Origin: Octopus vulgaris
Taxonomy: Eukaryota
Reading direction: 5' to 3'
NCBI GenBank assembly: GCA_951406725.2
Contig: OX597824.1
Coordinates: 41,478,001-41,542,000 of the forward strand
Length of the DNA: 64,000 nucleotides
Below the pieces are notes generated by a model. It worked only from the letters and a program-made list of their open reading frames with translations, was not told the DNA's origin and searched no databases. The translations under genes were made by a program, and so were the position numbers. Below, piece by piece: positions 29,038 through 42,500 of this stretch (the stretch's first letter is position 1; each line of letters begins with the position of its first letter).

Positions 29038-29452
29038 AAGAGAACGGGAGAAATAGATACATAGAGAGGAAGAGAAAAGAGGAGAAAGATAGGGAAAGAG
29101 AAAGAGAGAGACACAAAGATAAAAAACGAAAACACAGAGAGAGAGACAGAGAGACATTTAGAAAAGCAGAGAGAGAAAGAGAGAAACAGAGAGACAGAGA
29201 GGCAGATAAATAGACAATGACGAAGAAATGTAGATAGAGATAGAGAGAAATGGATATATAAGCAGAGAGTAATAGAAAGAGAGAAAAAGAAAGAGACAGT
29301 GAGAGAGAGAGAGAGGGAGAGGGAGAGACAGAGATAGTCAGAGAGAGAGACAGAGAGAGAGAAAGCGAGGCAGATAGAAAATCAGGGAGAGATACAGAAA
29401 GAAAGACAGATATAGATAAAGATAGCTAGATAAAAAATAGATAGACAGATCG

Positions 29453-29493
<41 letters not shown>

Positions 29494-29655
29494 AGACATG
29501 GAAAGAGAAAGAAAAGGTCATAGAAAGAGACAAGCAGAAAGAAAGACGGAGAGGGATAGAGAGAAATATAGAGAAAAAGATAGATAACGAAGGACAGACA
29601 GAAAGATAAAGAAGCGAGAGAGAAAGAAAGGGAGAAAAAGAAAGAAAGAAAGTGG
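28760..29655. repeat. Polypurine (GA/GATA)-rich tract
   Basis: Direct inspection. Confidence 0.9.
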
Positions 29656-29929
29656 AACTTCCAGAGTTTGTTGCGAGTTGGTGAGTAAATCGTTAATATT
29701 TAGTTGCATCTTTATAGATAAATGCTAGTGAGTAAAGAAAGCTTGTGGAGGCACATGGCCTAGTGGTTAGAGCAGCGGACTCGCGGTCGAAGGATCGCGG
29801 GTACGAATCTCAGACCGGGCGATGTGTGTGTTAATGAGCGAAACATCTAAGCTCCACGCGGCTCCGGCAGAAGGTAATTTATTCGAGGACGATCTCTTTT
29901 TTTTTGGATGGCATCGTATATTGTTCTAA

Positions 29930-31300
29930 CGACAATGCCATGTGATTTTGGGGCATAAGTGAAACACAGAAATATAATATAATCTACATTTTCAATTGCA
30001 CCTTGGGCCTCCGAGTGTTTCACTGTCTTTTTTTTTTGTTTGATAAGTATTTCAGAGCAATCTCTTGTTCTTGGATTGCAAATGCATAATTTTCGAAGTG
30101 TTATATGATGTAGCTGTCAAGTGTCCAGGAGCCACTGCACTTCATGGCGATATTTCCGTCGTCTTCATTTCTTCGGGGAAACATTCCTATGCATAGTCTT
30201 TTTTTTCTTTATGGTATGCTGAGCATTCTTTATGGTATGCTGAGCATTTCACATCTAGGTTTTCTTTGGGGCAATTTAGTACAGCCGCTTCGGGGTTGTA
30301 TGGGAGGTCATCAGAAGATTGCTTCTTGACCAGTTCACTGCCGGCACGTAGAATGTTGATCTCTTCGCTTATGAGCACTAAATTCATGCATTTATTTTGC
30401 TACTGTTGTTTAGCAAGTGCTGTCTGTGAGAGACTATTCGGCATTTGAAGGCTGTCTGCACTGATCACACGCACTCACCTTCTTTTCCTTAGGTAGATTC
30501 TGTCGATATCACTGTTTTCGTGGAAGTTTCCAGATGATGTCGGGATTTTAATGTCTGTGGAGTGGATTTCCTCTACAGACCAGCCAAATATCCCAAATGT
30601 TGGAATCATCACTAGCCCTGCAAATGCATTGTGAGATATTGTCCTGTGGTAAGAGGCGAGTTCTGACTGACATATTTTTCTAAGTCGGGTATAATATTCG
30701 AGGCTTACACTGTCTTTATTCACAACACCTTCATATGATGTTTTCATCAATGTCTAGGTATTTGTAGCATTCTTTGTGTGGAAAAGAAGAGATAGAGAGA
30801 CTGTTGATGCTTAGGATTTAGGTTTAGAGGACTGATTTTCCACGTCCAGAAATCAAATACGAACGTCATTTTTCGCTAAACTCCATTCCTATACCAGCTG
30901 AAAATATTATTTACTCCAGCTGCGTTTCGCATTGTTGACATTTTTAGCATAAATCTTCAGGTCATGCACAAAGACATTATGAATTATGCTGCTATCTTTA
31001 GCAGTTGTAGACCCTACAGTGTGGCCAGTTGATTTTAGCAGTAGAAATGGAAATGGATTAAATTCCGAAGTGAAGAGAATTACAAAAAAAAATATCCCTG
31101 GAATAGTGCCTTTGAAATACTTATAGCATTGTTCGGCTCTCATTTATAAGTGTTAGAATTGTTGCTTAGGTCTTTGTAAGCCTCTCAATGGCAGTAATGA
31201 GAGTAGCAGGTATTTTTGCAAAGTATAGAGACTTCAGCAGCTATGAGTGGAAACTTACGAAAATGCTTTGGAAAAGCAGTTAACATTGTTCCAGACTAAA
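29930..31300 (-). mobile_element. Decayed RLE-type LINE (RT and downstream region)
   Basis: HNVFVHDLKIYAK, YKYL, EYYTRLRKICQSEL..HNAFA; similar to the 49100-49420 region. Confidence 0.6.
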
Positions 31301-32363
31301 AAGCCACAAAGGAGCATTCTATATACTAAATTCAAATATAGATGAATCTCACAAATGCTACATAATGAATGGAAAATATTTGATAAAAAGAGATTATTGA
31401 AGTAATAATTAAAAACTCTTTAGTCATCGAAAATCTAAAAATAACTAGAAGAAATAACTTCAAAAAAAGCAGTTTAACGAAATATTTGAACAATATAGAC
31501 AATATGGATTGGTGTAGATATGGACTTTAAAGCCGACAGATGAAGACAAAGAACATGTTTCGGTCTTTATAAGACCTTCTTAGCGAAGTATATTCAAGTC
31601 TATTGTCAGTCTGCTAAATTATATACCAATTTACGACTTATAGTCGTAAATATCTAAACATATTATTGGTAGACATTGATTTGACATTGTTCCAGACGTA
31701 AGTATAGGATATTATCTCATAGTGATAGGCATATGTGGTTAATTATATCTAAAACGTATACACTTTCTAGCTTAAATGTTAGTCGTTAAACATAATTCTG
31801 AGGCTTCAGTGTAATGTATAATTTAGACTCATGTTGATAGATTAGGTAGTGGATAGAATATGAATGCACCCCGAGAAATAACATACATGTTCGATATGAT
31901 CTAAAAAGAAAATTTAGAAACAAAATAATAACCTAATATACAGTAAAGCAAAGAGGTAAAAAAAAGGTGGGGAGTAAACAGAGTGCTTTCCAGGCAGAAA
32001 TGTTTGATATTGTCTAAAAATCTTGATGGGTTAGTGTTCAGTCGTGAGTCGTTACGACCACATGCAATCAACAGAGATGTCAGCAGATGATAAGGACAAG
32101 AAACAAATAGAAAAAAATAAAATAAATCATTGATAGACAAATAAATAAATATATAAACAATCGTTATTTTGTCGTCGAGATTTTCGATCACAAACCAGAT
32201 CTAGACCAAAGATTAAGAATAAGGCCACGAGCGATTCTGACCTCAGATTGCACAAATTAATCTGAGACAAAGATAAATAGAAATGAAGGGAGTACAGTAC
32301 AAAAATGGCGAACTCAATATAACGAAACAAATAACACAACATGAGATTGTGTGCGTGCATGCA

Positions 32364-32430
<67 letters not shown>

Positions 32431-32839
32431 CTGTGAGTTCAAGGGATGTTGGTTTGACCTTTATTTAAATGAAACACTGTGTAGCTCTCTGAATATGCTG
32501 TAAGTGATTGAAAGAGAGGAGAAATATGAAGGAGTGAATAATGTCGTAGCAAGGGGAGGAGAGAGAGGGAGGCTGTAAATAACGATAAATATAGTCGCAA
32601 ACAATGTATGCATTTGAGTCTGTGCATCTGTATACATACACATATATATGTATACGTACATACATACATAATACATACATATATATACACATATATATAT
32701 ATTACATATATGCGAACTCATACACACGCACACACACACATATCTATATATATATATATATATATATACATATACACACACACACACACAACCACATACG
32801 CATAGGTATGTTTCAGCCAGAGACTAAGGCCATGCTTGG

Positions 32840-33310
32840 GCATCACTTTTCAATGTGATTGAATATTTTTTTTATGTATTGTTTCTGATGAAGTAGCAAG
32901 TTGGACAGAACTGCTCTTCTTTGTGCCCCGCCCTGCAGTGATGTAGGTTCATCCAGTTTTTCTGATAAGAATTTGGCCAGAAGTTCTTTGAAGACCTCCA
33001 CATCTATACCTCGCAAGTTTCTGGGGTTGTTTGGCAAAATTTCGAACAGTTGTAGACACTTGAAACCCAAACTGTTACAGTAGTGGGCCCTTATTCTTTG
33101 TGAAGAAGACACGAGCTTTGGTATTATGGAATGCTGTCCAGTTCGATGATTGATATAGCTTTCAAAAGCTGGGAAGCTATACTTTCCAGGATTTTGCATA
33201 TGAATTTCATTGCATATCTTTCACGCCTTATCTCTTGAGAGTAAAGCTTCACCTCTTTTAGCCTTTCTCCCAGTAGCTCTTCAGTTGCTCCAAGTCAATC
33301 TTCTTTGGAT
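32840..33310 (-). mobile_element. CR1-group LINE 3' fragment
   Basis: NSLGFKCLQLFEILP..RNLRGIDVEVFKELLAKFLSEKLDEP. Confidence 0.7.
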
Positions 33311-33981
33311 AGTGGCGCTGGTTTGCCACTGGTCTGACACTACGCGACGCTCACATATATGTGTGATTGTGTACGTGTCTGCGTGTTCTAGAGCAGTGTT
33401 GACGACTGGTAGCACGGCATATTGTTGCAACGGCGTCGGAGGTTCCAATTGTTCCTTAATAACCAGGAGGTTTCATGTGGTTGGTGGAACTTAGAAACAG
33501 GTGTTGTGAACAACAACGAATGCCTCTACTTACTCAATGCTTTCTGTCCTCATATCTGAATAACCAATAACCACCACCCCAGGTGGATGGTGTGAACATG
33601 GAAACGGGTGTAGAGGGTGCAATGAATTTTTTTATTTATATTAACTTTGCACCCTTCTTTCATTTTCCTTCCAACTATTATTTTTCAATTCAGCAATATT
33701 GTTCGCATACATACACACATTCACACACACACACACAAAGATACATATATATACACACACACAACACACTAAGTATAATATATCCCCTCCGTTTCCATTA
33801 TAAATCAATGAAAGTGTGATATAAACAATACTGCCAATATATTTCATGGTGATGAGCTGAAGCAAGCTTAATGAAACTAATGTAGATTATATTAGGAAAA
33901 GTGGCCTTAATGGATCTCTTAGTTCTGTTCACGTATTTAAGATAATATTACTTTTTTTTCCCTTTTTCTATTTTATTTTCG

Positions 33982-34072
<91 letters not shown>

Positions 34073-34192
34073 ATGCACGAGCGTGCGAACACATGAACAC
34101 ATATATATGTTATGTCTGACTCTTTGTTTACTGACGAATGTGATTATGTTTGTGTTATTTTATTGCAGGTTTTGTATATATGTGCGTCTGAT

Positions 34193-34263
<71 letters not shown>

Positions 34264-34815
34264 CAGAGAGAGAGACAGAGAAATAGAGAGAGAGAGAGAG
34301 AGGAGGAGAATGATAGCAAATGGGAATGTGTGTGGGAGGAAGAGAGTGAGAAAGAAAGAAAGCAAGAGAGAGGGAGCTACAGAAAAAGAAAATTTACGTG
34401 TTTGTGTCCATTCTATCCAGTGAATGAATTTATCAATAAAGTAATTTCTATGCATATGTGCGTTTGTCTTATCAATTGGGCTGCTTATTTATGTCTGTAT
34501 GACGTCTATCTATGGATAAGCTGATCGCTCTCACACTTTTTGTCTTTGTATTTAACTTTCAATATTGTTATATATTTTTGACATTATTTATCAGGCATTA
34601 TACGATATAAAATGATTTTATATATATATATACATACATGTTTATATACATACATACAAACATACATATATGTGTGTGTGTATATGTGTATGAATGTATA
34701 TACACACACACATTTATAAATATATACACATATACATACATACGTATGTATGTATGTATGCACGAATGTATGTATGTATATATGTATATATATATACTTA
34801 TACATATACATATAC

Positions 34816-34925
<110 letters not shown>

Positions 34926-35289
34926 GTGTGTGTATGTGCGTGTGTGTGTATGTGAAGCCACGTGGCTTAGTAATTAGCATATTTGGTTCACGTTCGTAAG
35001 GTCGTGAGTTCGATACTTGGCAGCGTCTTGTGTCCTTAAGCTAGATGCGTTATTTCGCTTTGCTCCAGTCCAGCTGGCAAAAATGAGTTTAACCTGTATC
35101 ACAGAGGCAGCCTTGTCACTTGCTGTGTCACACTGAATCTTCATGAGAACTACTTTAAAAGCAACGCTTGTCTGTGGAGTGCTCAACCACTTGCACGTTA
35201 ATTTCACGAGTTCGTTGATAGGATCAAGTGGAGCACTTGTCGTCATAAACGACGGAGTACCTTCTATAGGACATTCCAATAAGTAGATT

Positions 35290-36310
35290 ATCTCCCTTGG
35301 CTTGGCGGCTCTCCATGCAGACAATTCTACTTCCGCGGACTACCCACGTCCTTGTTCCGTGTCCTGTCATATCATGAATATTAAGCAGCTCGAGTTAAAG
35401 AATTATTTGCGAGTACATGGACAGTATGTTACTGAGAAAAAGACGGATTTGGTTGAAAGGTTAAAAGGTATTAAAATTATTTCGACAAAGAACATCAATG
35501 AATTAAAATCAACAGACGAGAAGTGTACTTCAGACCGGAATAAGCAGAAACTTGTATCTCCTCTCGGTGAAGTTTTACCTGATCCTAATGTGCTGGAATC
35601 AGATTGGACTAAGGATCTTTATAAGTTGCCAATTCTACGGATAATGACGTTTACAACTGCCTCGTGCTACGGATTAAGGCAAAGCGACAGTTAAGAGGTG
35701 GCATATTTTACCATGACAGACACGTCCACAGCATTGAATATCACGATGTATCACTGCATTGTCCGGTGTCTGTTAATCCCGTCAATACCAACATCTATCA
35801 AAAAGAACAATCCTGATCACAGAATGTCAAAGGTCACTTGCAATGTGCATTCAGCTGATTGCAACTGCACTGCAGGGAAAGAGCCTGTTTAATTATTTCG
35901 ACTTTTTTACCTTGCATAATAAATTGTATTTTTATGGATGTAAATAAATGTATAATTAAAGCAATAAATGATAAATAAATAAGACTTAATTTTGAATATT
36001 TTTTTATCCCTGTCAAATACAAATGCACAGTCACATACACATATCTCTGAAACTTATCTAATAAACGGATGGCAAGGGGTGATCTGTCGATGGTTCATTC
36101 GAATTGACGAAATGCTGGGAGCAAATCTGGCTATTTGCAGTATAAACAAAGTCTTTCCTCACAAATCTCGACCCCTGAAGCCAAATATGACGAATAGCGA
36201 CGTTTGCCAGGTATCTTTGAAGGGAAATAACTTTGCCGTCTACATTCTTACCTCTATAATTGCTGCATATACAAGAGTATTTGCACGATTTTTTCGGAGA
36301 CATCACATTA
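35290..36310. mobile_element. ISL2EU/PIF-Harbinger-like remnant: SAP plus SWIM gene fragment (+) convergent with a THAP domain (-)
   Basis: ELKNYLRVHG..KKTDLVERL, GEVLPDP, VHSADCNCTAG; minus 36058-36306 C..C...W...ICSQHF....PLPSV. Confidence 0.6.
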
Positions 36311-36648
36311 ACCGATCATACAGCCTGTGAGTCGGTAGAGCTGGAGTCACCGAAAAGCTCGGAAAATGGTGCATTGAAGGGGAGGGTTGGTAGGTGAGAG
36401 GAAACGAGAGACGGGCCACAGTGGGGCGGGGAGAAAGAGAGAGAGAGAGAGATAGCAGAGGCACGGTCCCCGGAACGTTCGCTGGAAAGGGCTGTGTGCA
36501 TAGTGGTGAGGGGATATCCATGAAGGATAAAGTGGCGAGTCATGAGTTGTGACTGAGTCTCAGAGTCATGGTTATCACCGCAGAGCCTGCGCAGACGGAA
36601 GAATTGTGAGTAGAGGATGGAGTGCTTGGTGTGGGTAGGGTGGGAGGA

Positions 36649-36709
<61 letters not shown>

Positions 36710-36798
36710 GGTCTTCAGACATATTTAAGTATGCTGACTACTAGTTGAAATTGATATTATTTATAATATCAATTTAAAATCATGTATATTTATATATA

Positions 36799-37990
36799 TT
36801 GGGTTGTCCGGAAAGTTCGTTCCGATTTATAGTAGCTTGCATTTCGACTTATTTTAGAACATGGTTGAGTCCATAAAATAGGATTTGACTCCACCTCCAT
36901 TTAGAGCACAGTTTAAGCAATCTTTTCGTGGAAGAAGGTTTATGTTCCAATAACCTGTGTTAATTCTGTAACCCTTTAAAATGGAAGATAAGAAAGTTCA
37001 TTTTCGGCACTTGATGCTTTTCTTTTTCCGTAAAGGGAAAAATGCCTCACAAGCAACCAAAGAAATATGTGCAGTTTACGGTGATGTTTCTTTATCCGAA
37101 AGTACTGTACGGAAGTGGTTTGCAAGGTTCCGAGCTGGAGATTGTAGCCTTATTGATAAAAACCGATCAGGCAGACTATCCAATCCACTACAGATGATGA
37201 CCAAATCAAGTCATTAATTGAGAATAACCCACATTGCACAACCCGAGAATGGGCAGAAAGCCTCAACCTATCAAAATCCATCGTTCATGAGCACCTGGTA
37301 AAGCATGGGTACACAAATCCCTACGATGTTTGGGTACCACATGAGTTGAGTGAGAAGAACCTTTTGAACCGCATTTCCATCTGTGATTCATTTTGTAAAC
37401 GGAATGAAAACGCGCCTTTTTTTAAAGGAAATTGTGACAGGTGATGAGAAATGGATTATCTACCGAAGCGATCCTGGAGTAAGCGACATGATCCACACTT
37501 AGCCACCCCAAAAAGCGAGCGGGTCTTCACCCCCAAAATGTCTTGCTTTGTGTCTGGTGGGATTGGAAAGAAATTCTGTACTATGAGCTTCTCCCAAGTA
37601 ACCAGACAATTAATTCTGAGAAATACTGCACAGAACTGGACGAGCTAAAAGCAGCAATTCAAGAGAAACGTCTAGAATTGGCCAAACATGATACTCTCCA
37701 TATTCACCAGATATTGCTCCTTCGGATTTCCACTTATTCAGGTCTCTGCAGAATAGTCTTAATGGTAAAAATTTCAATTCCTTGGATGACGTAAAAAGAT
37801 ACCTTGATGAATTGTTTGCCTTGAAACCACCTCAATTCTGTGAAGTGGGTATTTTTCAAGTTAAAGGAAAGATGGAAACGCATTGTGCAACAAAATGGTT
37901 CATATTTGGTTGATTAAAAATGTAATAGCAAGTATTTATTGACCTTTGTCTTTTCTTAAAAAATCGGCACGAACTTTCCGGACAACCCAA
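36799..37990 (+). mobile_element. Mariner DNA transposon (mellifera-subfamily-like), defective
   Basis: 30-bp TIRs TTGGGTTGTCCGGAAAGTTCG../..CGAACTTTCCGGACAACCCAA; TA TSD; transposase MEDKKVHFRHLMLFFFRKGKNASQA.., WVPHEL, VTGDEKW, YSPDIAPSDFHLF with frameshifts and an internal deletion. Confidence 0.93.
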
Positions 37991-38119
37991 TATATGTTTT
38001 TAAATGGCTTATAAACACCTTCCATGCTGCAATTGCTTTTGTTTCAGCACACGTTCTCAGATCAGGTCATTTGCTATGCAAGTACATCTCTGTTATAATA
38101 TATATATAAATATGATTTT

Positions 38120-38872
38120 AATAATGATATAAGGTAAAATTAATTAATTAATTAATAATTAATAATCTTACCAAGTAGTCTGTACGTTAAAAAACCTTTT
38201 TAGGTGAATTATACAAAATATTCTATAATTATATACTAATTATAACCAGGGGTCAGCGCTAAGTGCCTCGCCACGTACTGAATTACAAATAGACACTAAT
38301 GTCTTTTCAACTACCATAAAAATCTCCGAGACAATAACACACATTTTTATGTAGGTAAAAGAAAAATGATGAATCCACACGACTTCGGTTAATCACAGAC
38401 GCGTTTCGAATTTAAAGTAAATTATATTTACCTATCATTCTCCTCGGTTTGATACTCCGAGTTAGAAATTTGCAAGTGTTAGGATTAAATATGTACGCGA
38501 TCAAGCGCCATCGCATAACTAATATTTAACACCTGAAGGTGATACATATTTTTTATCTTTTAGACCCACATGTGTGATACGACCTATCCCGCAGAAAAAC
38601 TGCTGTTTCGATCATGGAGTAAATTATAATTTTAATAATAATAATAATATAGGGTAAAGTTAATTAATTAATAATTAATAATTTTACCAAGTAGTCAGTA
38701 CGTTAAAAAAAACCTTTTTAGGTGAATTATACAAGCTATTCTATAATTATATACATAATTTTAATCAGGGGTCAGCGCTAAGTGCCTCACCACGTACTGA
38801 GTTAGAAATAGACGATAATGTCTTTTCAACTACCATAAAAATCTCCGAGACAATAGCACACATTTTTATGTA
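38120..38872 (-). mobile_element. PLE pLTR-like partial tandem: ~235-bp direct repeat flanking a decayed hammerhead (38392-38453)
   Basis: 38120-38353 resembles 38640-38872; minus strand ATCAAA-CCGAGGA-GAAT..ATTC-GAAA-CGCG-TC-TGTGAT. Confidence 0.65.
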
Positions 38873-39156
38873 TAGAACCATAGAATATTTTGTATAATTC
38901 ACCTATGTATGTATGTATGTATGTATGTATGTATGTATGTGTGGGTGTGTATGCATGTATGTATTTGTGTGTGTGCATATGTATATATGTATGTGTGTAT
39001 ATTTGTATGTATTCTACATATTCATGTGTTTGCGTGCCAGTGCTTGTGCGTGTGTGTTTGTATATGAGTGTGTGTATACCTCTGTCTCCTTGTGTGTGCA
39101 TGTCTGAGTGTCTGTGTGTGCATTTTGCAGCTATGTACCGTATATATATGAATGCT

Positions 39157-39189
<33 letters not shown>

Positions 39190-39198
39190 ATATGTGTG

Positions 39199-39249
<51 letters not shown>

Positions 39250-39951
39250 TCTCACACAAATACATCCAAACTAATATAAATGTATGGAGGTATATAGATT
39301 ACTATATAAGCAGTAGGTAAGTAGGTAGGTATGTAGATAGATAAGTAGGTAGGCAGAGCGATAGATAGATGATGCAGTCATTGTTCTTTCATTATCGGGT
39401 TGGACAGTCTCCTGGTGTGTTCGGGGGTTGGTTGGTTTGTCGGCCGGTTGGTTGGTTGGCTGGTTGGCTGGTTGGTTGGTCTGCTTTTACGACGTAAGCA
39501 GTCAAGCATGATGTATATATTTATATACTCTGTTGAAAGTAAAAAAATACAAAATACAAGAAAAAAAGCCCACTTCAAACAACAAAAACAATAAAAACCA
39601 ACAAAGGAACGTAGGAAACACAAACGCTGCAAAGAAAGAAGCTACTAAGAATAACACCACCACTACCACCACCACCACCACCACCACCACCACCACCACC
39701 CCACCATCAATAATAGTAACAACAACAATAATAACGGCGCCAAGTCCTGTTGACACACACTGCTTTGTTCTGAGGGACTTTTAATCTGGAATCAATAGAT
39801 GCACATGGAAGTCCAACTTTAGCAAAAAACAGAAAAATAATAAAGAAGTCCTGTGCAGAATCTAGCTTTGATATTATTTGTTGTACAGGGTTTTTACTCT
39901 TTATAAGATGACACACTTCGTTTGTCATTAGACATACATACAACATTTGTC

Positions 39952-39991
<40 letters not shown>

Positions 39992-40589
39992 AACATATAC
40001 ATTGGGTGTGTGTGTGTGGGCGTGTATGGGTGTGTGTTAGTGTTTGTAGCTACTGTATGGCTGAAAGGTTAAAAAGTCGCTTCGCGATCTCGTATTCAAT
40101 CCGACTGTGTTGCATATTGGACAAGCGTTATTTCGTTCCATCATCGGACCGACTCGAACTGACAGAAAGTATCTGAGAGCCTTTCGAAATCAATCACAAC
40201 CGTCATTCAAAAGGTCACTTTTTTTACGCACTCTCGCATCATAACTTGCTGCCTGAGAATTATTTTAAGGCTACACATGTCCATAGACTACACGGCCACT
40301 AACCTTACAATGCAGTGAGCGGGTTGATCGAAAAACCGAATACACTACACTAAGCATCGAATGTATACGAAAACAAAGACGGAAAAACTGAGGACTGAAT
40401 GATATAACTTGTCTCAAAACATGAAATCAAGAAAGCATCATACTAGGCAAAAGAATAGGCAAAAGAATATCTAAGTGAATTCCGAATACAACAAATTTCG
40501 GAATTAGACATACAAGAAACAAGCGCAGAAAAAGCTAAGCACATGAAAACCCGTGCTAAAACTGCTGCCTTAGATATTCTGATTGATAA

Positions 40590-41354
40590 ATGGCAACAAA
40601 ACCTCTCAATGGCAAATACCCAAAGAGAGCGAATAATGCCGATGTTGACAAAGCCCTGACCTATCAATGGCTAATGGGCTCTGGTTTAAAGTCTGAAACA
40701 GAAGGGTTTATCATAGCAGCTCAAGATCAATGCCTACCTACAAGGAACTACAAGGCCAACATATTAAAGAACGGCAATAGCCCAACATGTCGTGTATGTC
40801 AACAGCACAATGAAACCATTGATCATGTTGTCTCCAAGTGCAGTCTTCTTGCGCCAACAGAGTATCTCAACAGGCATGATAGAGCTGCACAATATATTCA
40901 CTGGGTAATTTGCAAAAGCCTGGACTTGCCCCATGATAAAAACTGGGGGGAACACAAACCACCTCCAGTGCTTGAAAATGATCACATCTCACTCCTCTGG
41001 AACTTCACCATTCAAGCTGACAGAAAGATAGATGCGAATAGGCCAGACATCATATTGAAAAACCTCAGACAAAAAAAATGCCTCCTCATTGATATGACTG
41101 TCCCAATCGATATAAACGTATCTGTCAAGACCTACCAAAAACTGAGCAAATATAAAGATCTTGAAATAGAAATCAGCAAAATGTGGAACCTGGAGACTAA
41201 AACAATACCTGTTATCATAGGCGCTCTGGGAATGATAGCAAAAGGGGCTGATTGCTACCTAAATCAGATACCAGGAAACCCCAAAATGGCAGAAATTCAA
41301 AAGATAGTGCTCATGGGAACTGCTCATATCCTACGCAAAATACTTTCTATGTAA
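40590..41354 (+). CDS. C-terminal CCHC zinc knuckle plus restriction-like endonuclease of a 5'-truncated R4/Dong-type non-LTR retrotransposon (element ~40360-41560)
   Basis: ETEGFIIAAQDQ, CRVC..ETIDHVVSKC, RHD, RPDII, ID..P.D, K..KY.DL; 3' end runs into (AAT)n at ~41548. Confidence 0.88.
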   Translation: MATKPLNGKYPKRANNADVDKALTYQWLMGSGLKSETEGFIIAAQDQCLPTRNYKANILKNGNSPTCRVCQQHNETIDHVVSKCSLLAPTEYLNRHDRAAQYIHWVICKSLDLPHDKNWGEHKPPPVLENDHISLLWNFTIQADRKIDANRPDIILKNLRQKKCLLIDMTVPIDINVSVKTYQKLSKYKDLEIEISKMWNLETKTIPVIIGALGMIAKGADCYLNQIPGNPKMAEIQKIVLMGTAHILRKILSM

Positions 41355-41738
41355 TCTCAAGTCTTAAAACAAACAATAATTTTCTAATGGTTTTTAAAAC
41401 ATTCACTAGTACAACACTAAGTACAAAACCAAATATATAGCACCCTAGGCACAACACCAATATGAACTTCCAATTTGTTGTCTCTTGAGGTCTCTGGGTG
41501 AGACTTGGAGCCAACTTGTATAAATGTAAAGCAAAAGTCAAACATAGAATAATAATAATAACAGGACATAACAACAAGTGTCTTTCGACTGGGGATGAAT
41601 TGAATTCAGCTGGCGTGTGTGGAAATGAAGCCTTACAGCAGAGATACAAGGCTTTCACAAACACAGGGAAGAATATCGATGTGGCAGCGACCATATATAT
41701 TATATATATATATATATATATATTTATTATATAGAAGG

Positions 41739-41789
41739 AGCTTCTACAGGACTAGAACTGTTTCATTCAAGAGAAATCTTCAGGAAGCT
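41739..41789 (-). ncRNA. Type I hammerhead ribozyme (mirror copy of 42317-42367)
   Basis: Exact reverse complement of 42317-42367. Confidence 0.78.
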
Positions 41790-42316
41790 AGTTAACAAGA
41801 ATTGTATTGGCATTTATACATTTAGGCAGGTATAAAGGGGTGTTGGTGGGGGACTTTTGGGGGTAGGCATAGCGCAAAATATCATACTTGGGGGAGTGGT
41901 CAAGGAGTCAGTGTTAAATTAGATAGAAGAATAAATAAAAAAAAAATAATAAAATAAAAAAATAAATAAAGAAATAAAAAAATCTATATATAAAAAAAGG
42001 TATAAGTGAGAATCTCCTTATTTACCTAAAACTCTATTCCCCTTTTTTTATATATATATTTATATATAGATTTTATATATAGATTTTTATATATAGATCT
42101 TTTTATATATAGATTTTTTTATTTCTTTATTTATTTTTTTATTTTATTATTTTATTTTTTTATTTTTTTATTTATTCTTCTATCTAATTTAACACTGACT
42201 CCTTGACCACTCCCCCAAGTATGATATTTTGCGCTATGCCTACCCCCAAAAGTCCCCCACCAACACCCCTTTAAACCTGCCTAAATGTATAAATGCCAAT
42301 ACAATTCTTGTTAACT

Positions 42317-42367
42317 AGCTTCCTGAAGATTTCTCTTGAATGAAACAGTTCTAGTCCTGTAGAAGCT
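42317..42367 (+). ncRNA. Type I hammerhead ribozyme (compact)
   Basis: stem I AGCTTC/GAAGCT; CTGAAGA 42323-42329; stem II TTC/GAA (U-U at base); GAAA 42342-42345; stem III CAG/CTG; GTA site. Confidence 0.78.
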
Positions 42368-42450
42368 CCTTCTATATAATAAATTAATTTTACTCTGCTA
42401 TGTATTGAGTACCTTATTTACTGTGGTTAACCCCGAATCAACCCGGGACC

Positions 42451-42500
<50 letters not shown>

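Larger units (their letters stand above)
41722..42453 (+). mobile_element. PLE-like fold-back element: ~275-bp inverted arms (41722-~41996, ~42100-42384) plus ~70-nt tail, in (TA)n
   Basis: Near-perfect inverted repeat; (TA)n at both ends. Confidence 0.88.

Noticed and set aside
39502-39946. Hydrophobic minus-strand ORFs as a host membrane protein exon
   Set aside because: Driven by (GGT)n and T-rich low complexity; no family motif or clear splice structure
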